DNA from: Candidatus Oxydemutatoraceae bacterium
Lineage (GTDB): Bacteria > Pseudomonadota > Gammaproteobacteria > Poriferisulfidales > Oxydemutatoraceae
Direction of reading: 5' to 3'
DNA length: 64,000 nucleotides
NCBI GenBank assembly: GCA_965220085.1
Contig: CBDCOZ010000003.1
Span: 1,216,001-1,280,000, forward strand
Positions 11,012-20,233 of the stretch are shown in pieces; within the stretch, counting starts at the first letter, position 1; each line of letters starts with the position of its first letter. Position numbers and translations under genes: made by a program. The notes below the pieces were generated by a model. It ran no database searches. It saw only the letters and a program-made list of their open reading frames with translations, and had not been told where the DNA came from.

Positions 11012-11480
11012 CAGATTGTAGTTTTTGCGGTCTGCGGCAGTATGTGCAAATTTTGCACACACTGAATCTTGCCAGAGTTCTTTGGAGTCAAATATGCTTT
11101 TCAGGCGCTTGGTGATGGCATACCCTTGAATTGCAAATTTTCGGAGTGCTTGCGTCGCCCATTGGCGGAATTGGGCGGCGCGTCTGGAATTGACGCGGTA
11201 GCCTACGGATATGATGGCATCCAGATTGTAGTAGTTGGTGTTGTAGGTTTTGCCGTCTGCGGCAGTTATCCGGAATTTCCGGATAACTGAATCTTCTTGC
11301 AATTCATCGCTTGCGAGTATGTTTTGCAGGTGCTCGCTGACAGTACGCACATCCGCATCAAACAACTCCGCCATTAACTTTTGCGTCAGCCAGGTGGTTT
11401 CATCTTCGTAGCGCGCTTCTATGTCGTCTTCGCCGGCTTGCCGGGTAAAAATCAGAAACTCGGCGGTGCTACTGCGGATG
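11012..11480 (-). pseudogene. RhuM-family protein fragments
   Basis: WLTQKLMAELF...RKFRITAADGKTY..YYNLDAIISVGYRVNS..A.QFRQWA, then truncated and followed by a second partial copy (CAKFAHTAAD). Confidence 0.8.
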
Positions 11481-11650
11481 GTCGGGCAGACCGATGACTG
11501 CATCCAGCAGGTTGTCATCAATCAGCGGTTGTACGCATCGGCACTGGCTTCCTCAGCACCCCACTTGTCGAGAGAAAAGGGCGGATTGGCGATGATGTTG
11601 TCGAACTTCATCAGGGCGTTGTCTTCTACCAAGGCAGGGCTCTTGGCTAT
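11481..11650 (-). pseudogene. Type I R-M methyltransferase (HsdM) remnant
   Basis: Hand translation gives LMKFDNIIANPPFSLDKWGAEE, then IDDNLLDAVIGLP in another frame. Confidence 0.75.
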
Positions 11651-11722
11651 AAGGAGTCGTCAAGCATAGCGCACCGGAGAAGGGAGCGATAATATCGTGC
11701 AAGAGTTTCCAAACTCTGCCAC

Positions 11723-12064
11723 CTATTTCTTTTTAGTCTTTTTGGCAGAGGTGGTTCTTTTCGTTCTCCTCGTTATATGGGATCCCGCTTGTGAGCCAAG
11801 CTCCATGAACTCAATGACATCCTCCTGCACGGAGTAGGCATAGAGGATACGAAGCGATGACCCTTTCAAGGTGCGGCAAAACAGCCGGGATTTGATAAGG
11901 CACACAGCATCATCAGTTTGTGTGAGGCAGCGGGAGTGCTTGCTACCTCGCGGACGAACAGAAAGTACCGCCCGAAACGTTTTCAGGGCCTCGGCTAATG
12001 AGTCGTACTTCTTAGCTAGGCGTTTATAGTCGGCTTGAAATTTGGAGCATTCGTTAAACTGCAT
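11723..12064 (-). CDS. Putative RelE/ParE-superfamily toxin
   Basis: Small basic protein, F.ADYKRLAKKY.SL...LRILYAY; start overlaps the end of the upstream antitoxin. Confidence 0.55.
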   Translation of the reverse strand: MQFNECSKFQADYKRLAKKYDSLAEALKTFRAVLSVRPRGSKHSRCLTQTDDAVCLIKSRLFCRTLKGSSLRILYAYSVQEDVIEFMELGSQAGSHITRRTKRTTSAKKTKKK

Positions 12065-12821
12065 CGCGATAACTTCTCGCGGAGTATTTCTCGTCACGGT
12101 AAAAAACACTTTCGTAAGCGAGCGCTTGGCCATATTCCGCGGATAACCAGGGGATGTCTCCGTGCGCATGGTTTTCTATCTCTTTGTCACTCTTGTCCGA
12201 TAGGCGCGCCAGCACCGCATCGATATGTTCTTTGTCACGCGCAGAGAAGGCGCTTAGATCAGAATTCTTTTGTGGAAGATATTTCTTCTGCGTGTAGTTA
12301 TGATATTTAGTCTTGACGACTTTAATCTCTTCTTGCTCTTGCATCTCTCTCAGAATAGCCCCTAAATCAACCGAGGTCGGGCCGTGATGGTTCTTGATAT
12401 AAGTAGCCCCCATCAGGTTTTCTTCAAACTTTTCATAGTAGTCAAAGTCGATGAAGTAGAGCAGTTTGTGCAGGACAGTTTCGCCAACATTCGGTTTGGC
12501 GCCCACTTTAATCAGCACATAGAGGATGACTTGCTTGAACTTGTCCAAGTCTTTGGCAAGAACGCGGATGTGCAATGCCTTTTGCTTTTTTCGTGATGCC
12601 TTCTCAATCGTTACTCTACGCTTGGTTTCCTCTTCATTGAGAAAATCCTGTAACGGGATATCAAAGACCGCTGCCAGCCTCTTCGCTTCGGATATGGTGA
12701 GCTCTCTCTTACCGCTTTCAATCTGCGTATATGTCGGGCGCGATATGCGAAGCTCTGTCGCCAGCTCTTTTTGCGTTATCTCTTTTTTAGTACGTTGTTT
12801 GCGGATGAACTCTCCAAGCAT
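12054..12821 (-). CDS. XRE-HTH plus DUF4065 (Panacea/SocA) antitoxin-like protein
   Basis: N-terminal HTH (ITQKELATELRISRPTYTQIESG); LHKLLYFIDF...HGP and H.DIPW motifs. Confidence 0.8.
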   Translation of the reverse strand: MLGEFIRKQRTKKEITQKELATELRISRPTYTQIESGKRELTISEAKRLAAVFDIPLQDFLNEEETKRRVTIEKASRKKQKALHIRVLAKDLDKFKQVILYVLIKVGAKPNVGETVLHKLLYFIDFDYYEKFEENLMGATYIKNHHGPTSVDLGAILREMQEQEEIKVVKTKYHNYTQKKYLPQKNSDLSAFSARDKEHIDAVLARLSDKSDKEIENHAHGDIPWLSAEYGQALAYESVFYRDEKYSARSYRDAV

Positions 12822-12949
12822 CTCCAGCCTCCTTGAAAAGTATGATTGATAATGTTTATATAACTTACATCATAAATGTAAATATTTCAAACCTTATGCA
12901 AACGCCGGCTTAGGCAGCGCGATTATGCGGGACACTTGCACTATGCATC

Positions 12950-13405
12950 GCTCCACCCTCGTAGAAGAGTGCTTGCACCGTACATCACTCCCCCCTTGCG
13001 GGGGAGTCGGCAAGCCAAGGGGCTGACTAGCAGGCGGCTTGGCGGTAGCCACTCCGGCACTCTCCTCTCGCACTATCCCCGCAGGCGCGCCGGAGAGGGG
13101 GAGAGTTTCATACCCGCACTAATGTTGTGCAAGCTGGAAGCTTTCCCCCTCTCCGTTGCGTCGCCTTTTGCATACGGCTCCTCTGTACTTCGTGCGAGCA
13201 CCCCTCCCGCAAGGGGAGAGTAATGGTTAGCTTAGTGCAAGTGTTTCCCCCTCTCCGCATCGTCCTTCGCCTGCGGCTCGGTCTCTGCACTTGGTGCAAA
13301 CTAGAAACTTTCCCACAAGGAATATTAGTAGTGGAACAATTCTCCCGCAAGGGGAGAGTGATGTTGGCTAGGTGTGAGCACCCCTCCCGCGAGGGGGGAG
13401 AGTGA
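12950..13405. repeat. Cluster of REP/MITE-like palindromic elements
   Basis: Repeated CCCCTCCCGCAAGGGGAGAG hairpins and TTTCCCCCTCTCCG..CGTC..TTCGCC units. Confidence 0.7.
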
Positions 13406-13469
13406 CGCGCACTGACGGTGTGCAGGGTATTCGTGTCGGTTTCGGATATACTACGACTCTCACAGAACA

Positions 13470-14849
13470 ATGACTAAATACCGCACAGAAAAAGACAGCA
13501 TGGGGGAGGTGAAGGTTCCTTCCGATATGCTCTACGGCGCACAGACTCAGCGTGCCGTAGACAACTTTCACATCAGCGGCGTGCCGATGCCGGAGCAATT
13601 CATTCACGCACTCGGCTTGATTAAACTCTGTGCCGCTGATGCGAACAAGCAACTCGGCTTGCTCGCGGATGATTTGGCACAGGCGATTATTGCCGCCGCC
13701 ACTCAGGTCGCCGACGGTCAATACGATGCGCATTTCCCGATCGATGTGTTTCAAACCGGTTCGGGGACTAGTTCCAATATGAATGCCAACGAGGTGATCG
13801 CAAAGGTTGCGGCACAGGATTCTGGCCTTGAAATTCACCCTAATGACCACGTCAATATGAGCCAAAGCTCCAATGATGTCGTGCCGACTGCCATCCACAT
13901 CAGCGCGTGTATGGCACTGGCGCACGATTTACTGCCAGCACTGGCGCACCTGATTGGCGTGATTGACGAGAAGGCCGCAACGCTGGATGACAAAGTCACG
14001 ACCGGCAGGACGCATTTGATGGATGCGATGCCGGTGACGCTGGGGCAGGTGCTTGGGGGTTGGAAGAAACAATTGGAATACGGCGAGCAACGAATTCATA
14101 ATGCACTGGAGCGGCTGCGTGAGTTGGCGCAGGGAGGCACGGCGGTCGGCAGCGGGATTAATTGCCCCCCGGAATTCCCGCAGTTGTTCTGTGCTGCATT
14201 GGCGCAAAAAACGCAGGTTGAATTTGTCACTAAACCGGATAAGTTTGAGGCTTTGAGTGCGCAGGATGCGGCGGTGGAATGTAGCGGTCAGCTGAAGACG
14301 CTGGCAGTCGGTATTATGAAAATAGCGAATGATTTGCGCTGGATGAACTCAGGGCCGCTGGCGGGGATTGGCGAGATTGCATTGCCGGCGCTACAGCCCG
14401 GCAGCAGTATCATGCCGGGTAAGGTTAATCCGGTCATACCGGAAGCGACGGCGATGGCGGCGATGCAGGTCATCGGTAACGATACGGCAATTACGGTAGC
14501 GGGGCAGTCGGGTAATTTTCAGCTTAATGTGACGCTACCGCTCATTGCGCATAACTTGTTGCAAAGCATCAAGCTGCTGAAGAATAGTTGTATTGCGCTT
14601 GCCGACAAAGCGATTAAGGATTTTAGCGTTAACGATCAGGTGCTTGCCGATGCACTGCAACGCAACCCGATTTTAGTCACCGGGCTCAACCGCATCATCG
14701 GCTATGAGAAGGGTGCGGCCATCGCAAAACGTGCCTACAAAGAGCAGCGGCCAATCCTTGATGTTGTGCTTGAGGAAACCGACCTAAGTCGTGAAGAGGC
14801 CGAGAAGCTTTTGGACCCGCTTGCCTTGACGCAAAGTCAAAATAAGTAG
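13470..14849 (+). CDS. fumC: Class II fumarate hydratase
   Basis: YGAQTQRA, FQTGSGTSSNMN and GSSIMPGKVNP motifs. Confidence 0.96.
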   Translation: MTKYRTEKDSMGEVKVPSDMLYGAQTQRAVDNFHISGVPMPEQFIHALGLIKLCAADANKQLGLLADDLAQAIIAAATQVADGQYDAHFPIDVFQTGSGTSSNMNANEVIAKVAAQDSGLEIHPNDHVNMSQSSNDVVPTAIHISACMALAHDLLPALAHLIGVIDEKAATLDDKVTTGRTHLMDAMPVTLGQVLGGWKKQLEYGEQRIHNALERLRELAQGGTAVGSGINCPPEFPQLFCAALAQKTQVEFVTKPDKFEALSAQDAAVECSGQLKTLAVGIMKIANDLRWMNSGPLAGIGEIALPALQPGSSIMPGKVNPVIPEATAMAAMQVIGNDTAITVAGQSGNFQLNVTLPLIAHNLLQSIKLLKNSCIALADKAIKDFSVNDQVLADALQRNPILVTGLNRIIGYEKGAAIAKRAYKEQRPILDVVLEETDLSREEAEKLLDPLALTQSQNK

Positions 14850-14978
14850 ATATTTTAGCCGAGTCGTCAGGCAAGGATGATTATCTAGGTAGCCCTCTGC
14901 AGGAATCGCAGAAGCCGAGCCGTCATCCGCCACATATTCCGTATAATCCCCGTAGCTAATATCCTCAATATCTTAAAT

Positions 14979-15833
14979 ATGTTGAATACGAAACTTGCTC
15001 GACTATTTATCCATCATTGCCTGAGCGACATTAAAAATCGCCACTATCGTGCTTTTCCGGATATCTGCACGCTCATACAAAGTTCACTACACAGACCTTA
15101 TGCTCCGCGAGAACTGCTTCACAGTGCAATCAACCGCCGATTGATCTATATCAGAATCTACAAATCTGCAAGCACGACTATATACGATTGGATACAACCA
15201 AGCCAAATTCATCCTCTGGAAAATTATTTTCAGCAGATTGCCCGCATTTTACTCTTTCGTCGGAAATGGGGAAATACAGACAAAATCCTTGCCGCACATT
15301 TTCAAAAGTCAGAAACACCTTTTCTTTTCAGTTTTGTCAGAAATCCTTTTATTCGCCATGTTTCCTGCTATAAGGATAGGGTGCTTCGCTATCAAGAGAG
15401 CAAGCAACATAGCACGAATAAGTTACCGACAAAAAATAAATTACTCTTGTGCAATATTTATCCAATCTTGCCTCTTTTGTCCTCTTTTGAAGTCTTCACA
15501 TTGGCAGTTGCCTCTACACCTGACTACTATGCGAACGAACATATCAAATCACAATATGCTACTTTGTATGAAAACGGCAATCTCTTACCTGACTATGTCG
15601 GCAAAGTAGAAAACTTTAATCATGATGCGCGTTACCTCTGCGAGCAATTTAACCTACCCTCTCCCAAAAAATTAAACGCTTCGTTGCCATACGACTATCG
15701 TGCGTTCTACACACTGGAAACGGTTGAACTGGTTGCGAAACGCTATGCTTCGGATATTCAGGCATTTGGTTACGAGGGAGAACTGAAAGCATTGCGGCAA
15801 TATATTGCGAAAGGATATTCTAAAGATAAATAA
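14979..15833 (+). CDS. Sulfotransferase family 2 protein
   Basis: YIRIYKSASTT, FSFVRNPF.R.VS.Y, DYVGKVE and Y..D...FGY motifs; AT-rich. Confidence 0.75.
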   Translation: MLNTKLARLFIHHCLSDIKNRHYRAFPDICTLIQSSLHRPYAPRELLHSAINRRLIYIRIYKSASTTIYDWIQPSQIHPLENYFQQIARILLFRRKWGNTDKILAAHFQKSETPFLFSFVRNPFIRHVSCYKDRVLRYQESKQHSTNKLPTKNKLLLCNIYPILPLLSSFEVFTLAVASTPDYYANEHIKSQYATLYENGNLLPDYVGKVENFNHDARYLCEQFNLPSPKKLNASLPYDYRAFYTLETVELVAKRYASDIQAFGYEGELKALRQYIAKGYSKDK

Positions 15834-15877
15834 AACATGGAGCCCTACAGGGGAGTGGCGTATTGTGCAAGCTATGT

Positions 15878-15945
15878 CCCCCCTCTCCGGTTCGCTGCGC
15901 TCGCCGACTCTCCCGCGAGGGGAGAGTGCTGGTTAGCTTGGTGCA
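15878..15945. repeat. REP-like element
   Basis: CCCCCTCTCCGG...CGACTCTCCCGCGAGGGGAGAG. Confidence 0.55.
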
Positions 15946-15950
15946 GGGAA

Positions 15951-18584
15951 TTAAGCGGCGAGTTGCTGGATGACGTATTGCAAGATGCCACCGTGTTGCA
16001 GGTACTCTAACTCACGCGGTGTGTCTATTCGCACCAGTGCGGTGAAGCTACGGGTATTGCCACTGTCATCGGTGGCGTGCACTTCAACCGTGCTGCCCGG
16101 TGCGGTGACATCTCCTATCGTGAAGGTTTCCTCTCCGCTCAGCTTAAGTGAGTCAACGCTGTCGCCCGAATTAAACTGCAACGGCAGGATGCCCATGCCA
16201 ATCAGGTTAGAACGGTGAATCCGTTCGAAGCTCTCGGCGATGACGGCGCGCACACCTTGGAGCATCGGGCCTTTTGCCGCCCAGTCGCGCGATGAACCAC
16301 TGCCGTACTCTTTGCCGGCGAGAATGATGACCGGTGTGGACTCTTCCGCATAGCGCATGGCCGCATCGTAGATTGCCATTTGCTCGCCGGATGGCAAGTG
16401 GCGGGTGTAACCGCCTTCAACCCCGGGCACGAGGCGGTTGCGTAAGCGGATGTTGGCAAAGGTTCCGCGCATCATGACTTCGTGGTTGCCGCGACGCGAG
16501 CCGTAGGAATTGAAGTCCACAACCTCAACACCGTGTTCTTGCAGGTAGCGTCCGGCAGGGCTGTCCGGTGCAATAGATCCGGCGGGCGATATGTGATCGG
16601 TCGTTACCGAATCACCCAGCACGGCGAGCGCTCTGGCATTTTCAATACCTTCGGGCTTTGCTTCCTGCATATTTTTGAAGTAGGGCGGGTGTGCGATGTA
16701 TGTCGATTCGGGCCACGGGTATAACTCGCCCGTATCCGCTTTGAGCTTGCGCCAATCATCGGTGCCGGCATAAATCTCATCGTAGGTCTTACGGAATTGG
16801 GTCTTATCCAATGCGCTGTGCAACAAAGAATCGACTTCGGCATTGCTCGGCCATATGTCTTTGAGATATACCGGCTTGCCGTCGGCATCCTCGCCAATGG
16901 CGTCGTTATACAAGTCAATGTCAACCGTCCCGGCAAGGGCGTAGGCGACGACCAGCGGTGGCGAAGCGAGGTAGTTCATTTTAACTTCCGCATGCACACG
17001 ACCTTCAAAGTTGCGGTTACCGGATAGCACCGAGGTTGCGGTCAAGTCGGCGGCAGAGATTGCAGCGGATACTTCTTTGGGCAAAGGGCCTGAGTTGCCG
17101 ATGCAGGTCGTGCAACCATAGCCGACGACATGAAAGCCCAGTGTGTTGAGAGAATCCAGCAGATTGCTTTTCTCCAGATATTCGGTGACAACGCGGGAGC
17201 CGGGTGCCAGCGAGGTTTTGACCCACGGCTTGACTTTGAGACCGCGCGCCGCGGCTTTTTGTGCGACCAACCCGGCGGCCAACATGACCGACGGGTTGGA
17301 TGTATTCGTGCACGATGTGATTGCGGCAATGGCGATGAAGCCATCGTTCAAAGTGTGTTGCTCGTTGTTCAGGGAGACGCTCGCCTGTTTGCTTGCCTGT
17401 CCGTCGTTGATTGCGGCGAGATCTTTGGCAAAGCTTTCTTTGACTTGCTCCAGCGGGATGCGATCCTGAGGCCGCTTAGGTCCGGCCAGACAGGGTTTGA
17501 CTGTGCCAAGATCAAGTGACAGCGTCTCATCGTAGTCGGCTTGCACATTGTCATCGCGCCAGAGGTTGGTCGCTTTGGCATATTGCTCGACGAGGGCAAT
17601 CTGTTGTTCGTCCCGTCCGCTCAAGCGCAGGTAGTTGATGGTTTCATCATCAATCGGGAAGATGCCGCAGCTAGCACCGTATTCCGGAGCCATATTAGCG
17701 ATTGTCGCACGGTCACCAAGCGTCAGGTGCTCCAAGCCCGGGCCATAGAATTCAACGAATTTGCCGACGACGCCGTGCTTGCGCAGTTGCTCCACAATCG
17801 TCAGTACCAGGTCGGTCGCAGTTGTACCTTCGGGCAAATTGCCATCCAGTTTGAATCCGACTACCGAAGGTATCAACATGGAGATCGGTTGTCCCAGCAG
17901 CGAGGCTTCCGCCTCAATGCCGCCGACACCCCAGCCGAGTATGCCCGCGCCGTTAATCATTGTCGTATGAGAATCGGTGCCGACCAGTGTGTCGGGGAAG
18001 GCCACCTGTCCGTCCTGCGTCTTTTGCGTGAAGACGACACGCCCCAGATACTCCAGGTTGACCTGGTGGACGATGCCCGATCCCGGAGGGATGACTTGAA
18101 AGTTAGAGAAGGTCTCCTGACCCCATTTGAGGAAATGATAGCGCTCCCGATTGCGCGAAAATTCTATCTTGGTATTCAAGTCCAGCGAGTCGGCGTTGCC
18201 GAATTTATCCACCTGAACCGAGTGGTCTATGACCAGTTCGGCGGGTTGCAGAGGGTTTACCTTCATCGGGTCTTTACCCAGTTGTGCCATCGCATCACGC
18301 ATTGCCGCAAGGTCTGCGACCACCGGTACGCCGGTGAAATCCTGCAATAGGACTCGCGCCGGGCGGTAGGCGATCTCGCGCTTCTCGCCGCCTTTGCGCT
18401 TCAGCAAGGCTTCAATGTCGCTGCGGCTTACGGTTACGTCGTCTTCGTAACGCAGTAAATTCTCCAGCAGGATTTTCAATGAGTAGGGCAGGCTGTGAGA
18501 TGCCTCAATCGCACTGCCGTCGTAGATGGAATATGTCTGTCCATTGACTTCAAATGGTTTTTTGGTGTTAAAGCTATTTAGCAT
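15951..18584 (-). CDS. acnA: Aconitate hydratase A
   Basis: QDFTGVP, DSHTTM, AITSCTNTSNP and GSGSSRDWAAKG motifs. Confidence 0.97.
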   Translation of the reverse strand: MLNSFNTKKPFEVNGQTYSIYDGSAIEASHSLPYSLKILLENLLRYEDDVTVSRSDIEALLKRKGGEKREIAYRPARVLLQDFTGVPVVADLAAMRDAMAQLGKDPMKVNPLQPAELVIDHSVQVDKFGNADSLDLNTKIEFSRNRERYHFLKWGQETFSNFQVIPPGSGIVHQVNLEYLGRVVFTQKTQDGQVAFPDTLVGTDSHTTMINGAGILGWGVGGIEAEASLLGQPISMLIPSVVGFKLDGNLPEGTTATDLVLTIVEQLRKHGVVGKFVEFYGPGLEHLTLGDRATIANMAPEYGASCGIFPIDDETINYLRLSGRDEQQIALVEQYAKATNLWRDDNVQADYDETLSLDLGTVKPCLAGPKRPQDRIPLEQVKESFAKDLAAINDGQASKQASVSLNNEQHTLNDGFIAIAAITSCTNTSNPSVMLAAGLVAQKAAARGLKVKPWVKTSLAPGSRVVTEYLEKSNLLDSLNTLGFHVVGYGCTTCIGNSGPLPKEVSAAISAADLTATSVLSGNRNFEGRVHAEVKMNYLASPPLVVAYALAGTVDIDLYNDAIGEDADGKPVYLKDIWPSNAEVDSLLHSALDKTQFRKTYDEIYAGTDDWRKLKADTGELYPWPESTYIAHPPYFKNMQEAKPEGIENARALAVLGDSVTTDHISPAGSIAPDSPAGRYLQEHGVEVVDFNSYGSRRGNHEVMMRGTFANIRLRNRLVPGVEGGYTRHLPSGEQMAIYDAAMRYAEESTPVIILAGKEYGSGSSRDWAAKGPMLQGVRAVIAESFERIHRSNLIGMGILPLQFNSGDSVDSLKLSGEETFTIGDVTAPGSTVEVHATDDSGNTRSFTALVRIDTPRELEYLQHGGILQYVIQQLAA

Positions 18585-18645
18585 GGTATTGTACCTATCT
18601 AGTTATAATTTCATTATTTATTACGAGTTTTTAGAGCCTGACTCC

Positions 18646-19722
18646 TCAGGCGGAAGCGGTAATTATACCACCACCCAAGCATTCTCGGTCACGATAGAAG
18701 ACAACTGCCTGCCCGGGAGTGATCGACCGTTGCGGGCGGTCAAAATAAACCTGCGCCCGCTGGGCGCCGGAAAATTCTATGGAACATTGCTGATCGGCCT
18801 GCCGGTAGCGGATTTTACAACTCAGTTTTTCGCCATCGGCGGGCGTGTCGGCAATCCAATGCAAACTGTTTGCCCGCAGGCTTTCGCCGAACAGGAGAGG
18901 GTGGTCGTTGCTCTGTACCACCGTGACCGTATTGGCGCGGACATCTTTGCGCGCGACATACCACGGCAATTCGCCGCGCTCGCTCAAGCCGCCGATGCCG
19001 AGTCCCTGACGCTGGCCTATCGTGTAATACCAGCAGCCGTCGTGTTGGCCGATGACAGCGCCGTGCTCATCAAGGATATCGCCTTTCTCGGGGGGCAGGT
19101 AGCGGGCGAGAAAATCGCGGAAGCGATGGCTGCCGATAAAGCAGATACCGGTGCTGTCTTTTCGCGCATGGCAGTCAAAACCCGCTTGACGCGCTATGTC
19201 CCGCGCTTGGGATTTCTCCATATCCGCCAACGGGAACAGCGAGTGACGCAAGCCTTCTTGTCCGATCAGGTGCAGGAAGTATGACTGGTCCTTGTTGGCA
19301 TCGCGCCCGCGCAACAGGCGCCAACAGGCGCCCCTTCTTTCCGCGCCGACGTAATGTCCGGTCGCTATCTTTTCCGCGCCGAGACTCTTGGCGCGCTCCA
19401 GAAACGTTTTGAACTTTATCTCGCGGTTGCAATACACGTCCGGGTTCGGAGTTTGCCCGCGGCGATACCCTTCGAGAAAATGCTCAAACACATCCTCCCA
19501 ATAGCGGTCGGAGAAGTTCGCGGTATGCAAAGTTATGCCGAGCGTATCGGCGACCTGACGGGCGGACTCCAGATCCTCGCGGGCGTTGCAACCGTCGCTG
19601 TCATCCTCTTCCCAGTTTTTCATGAACAGCCCGGCAACCTCGTGGCCTTGCCGCTGCAACAGCAGGGCGGCGGTCGCCGAATCTACGCCGCCAGAGAGGC
19701 CGATGATCACTCTGTGCCTCAT
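18646..19722 (-). CDS. mnmA: tRNA 2-thiouridylase
   Basis: SGGVDS, PNPDVYCN, KDQSYFL and KDSTGICFIG motifs. Confidence 0.97.
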   Translation of the reverse strand: MRHRVIIGLSGGVDSATAALLLQRQGHEVAGLFMKNWEEDDSDGCNAREDLESARQVADTLGITLHTANFSDRYWEDVFEHFLEGYRRGQTPNPDVYCNREIKFKTFLERAKSLGAEKIATGHYVGAERRGACWRLLRGRDANKDQSYFLHLIGQEGLRHSLFPLADMEKSQARDIARQAGFDCHARKDSTGICFIGSHRFRDFLARYLPPEKGDILDEHGAVIGQHDGCWYYTIGQRQGLGIGGLSERGELPWYVARKDVRANTVTVVQSNDHPLLFGESLRANSLHWIADTPADGEKLSCKIRYRQADQQCSIEFSGAQRAQVYFDRPQRSITPGQAVVFYRDRECLGGGIITASA

Positions 19723-19875
19723 GTCAATGCGCTCCCGCCAAGGGTCGGTTTTTGTTGTCAAAAGTATTCATTTGTCTAAGCCGCCTGCGGGCAAAGTTTG
19801 TCAATAATTATCAAATCGGGGCAAATGTGGTAAATATAATATGGCAAATATAATACCGTATCCGGATCATTACAA

Positions 19876-20217
19876 ATGGATTCAATGAATGCAACAAATG
19901 AAAACTCCGATTGTCAGGAAAGTGTTCGCACTGCCAACGCAACAGCGACCAAAACCAAAGTGCGACATCCGTCCCAATACGAGGTGTTGTTCGTCAACGA
20001 CGATTATACGCCGATGGATTTTGTGGTTGACATATTGAAGCGCCAATTCCAATTTGACCACCAACGCGCAGTGCGGTTGATGATGGACATACACCGCGAA
20101 GGCATCGGGGTCGCCGGCGTCTTTCCGCGCGAGATTGCCGAGACGAAAGTCGTCGAGGCCAACCGCTACGCGCGCGCTTGCGAGCATCCTCTGTTGTGCG
20201 CGATGAGAAAAGCCTGA
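19876..20217 (+). CDS. clpS: Clp protease adaptor ClpS
   Basis: NDDYTPMDFVV and EIAETK motifs; upstream of clpA. Confidence 0.95.
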   Translation: MDSMNATNENSDCQESVRTANATATKTKVRHPSQYEVLFVNDDYTPMDFVVDILKRQFQFDHQRAVRLMMDIHREGIGVAGVFPREIAETKVVEANRYARACEHPLLCAMRKA

Positions 20218-20233
20218 TGAGAAGCCTGATGAG

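Noticed and set aside
10706-11521. Intact 271-aa RhuM gene as given in the ORF track
   Set aside because: It is a chimera of an out-of-frame hsdM remnant, RhuM fragments and read-through into a repeat.
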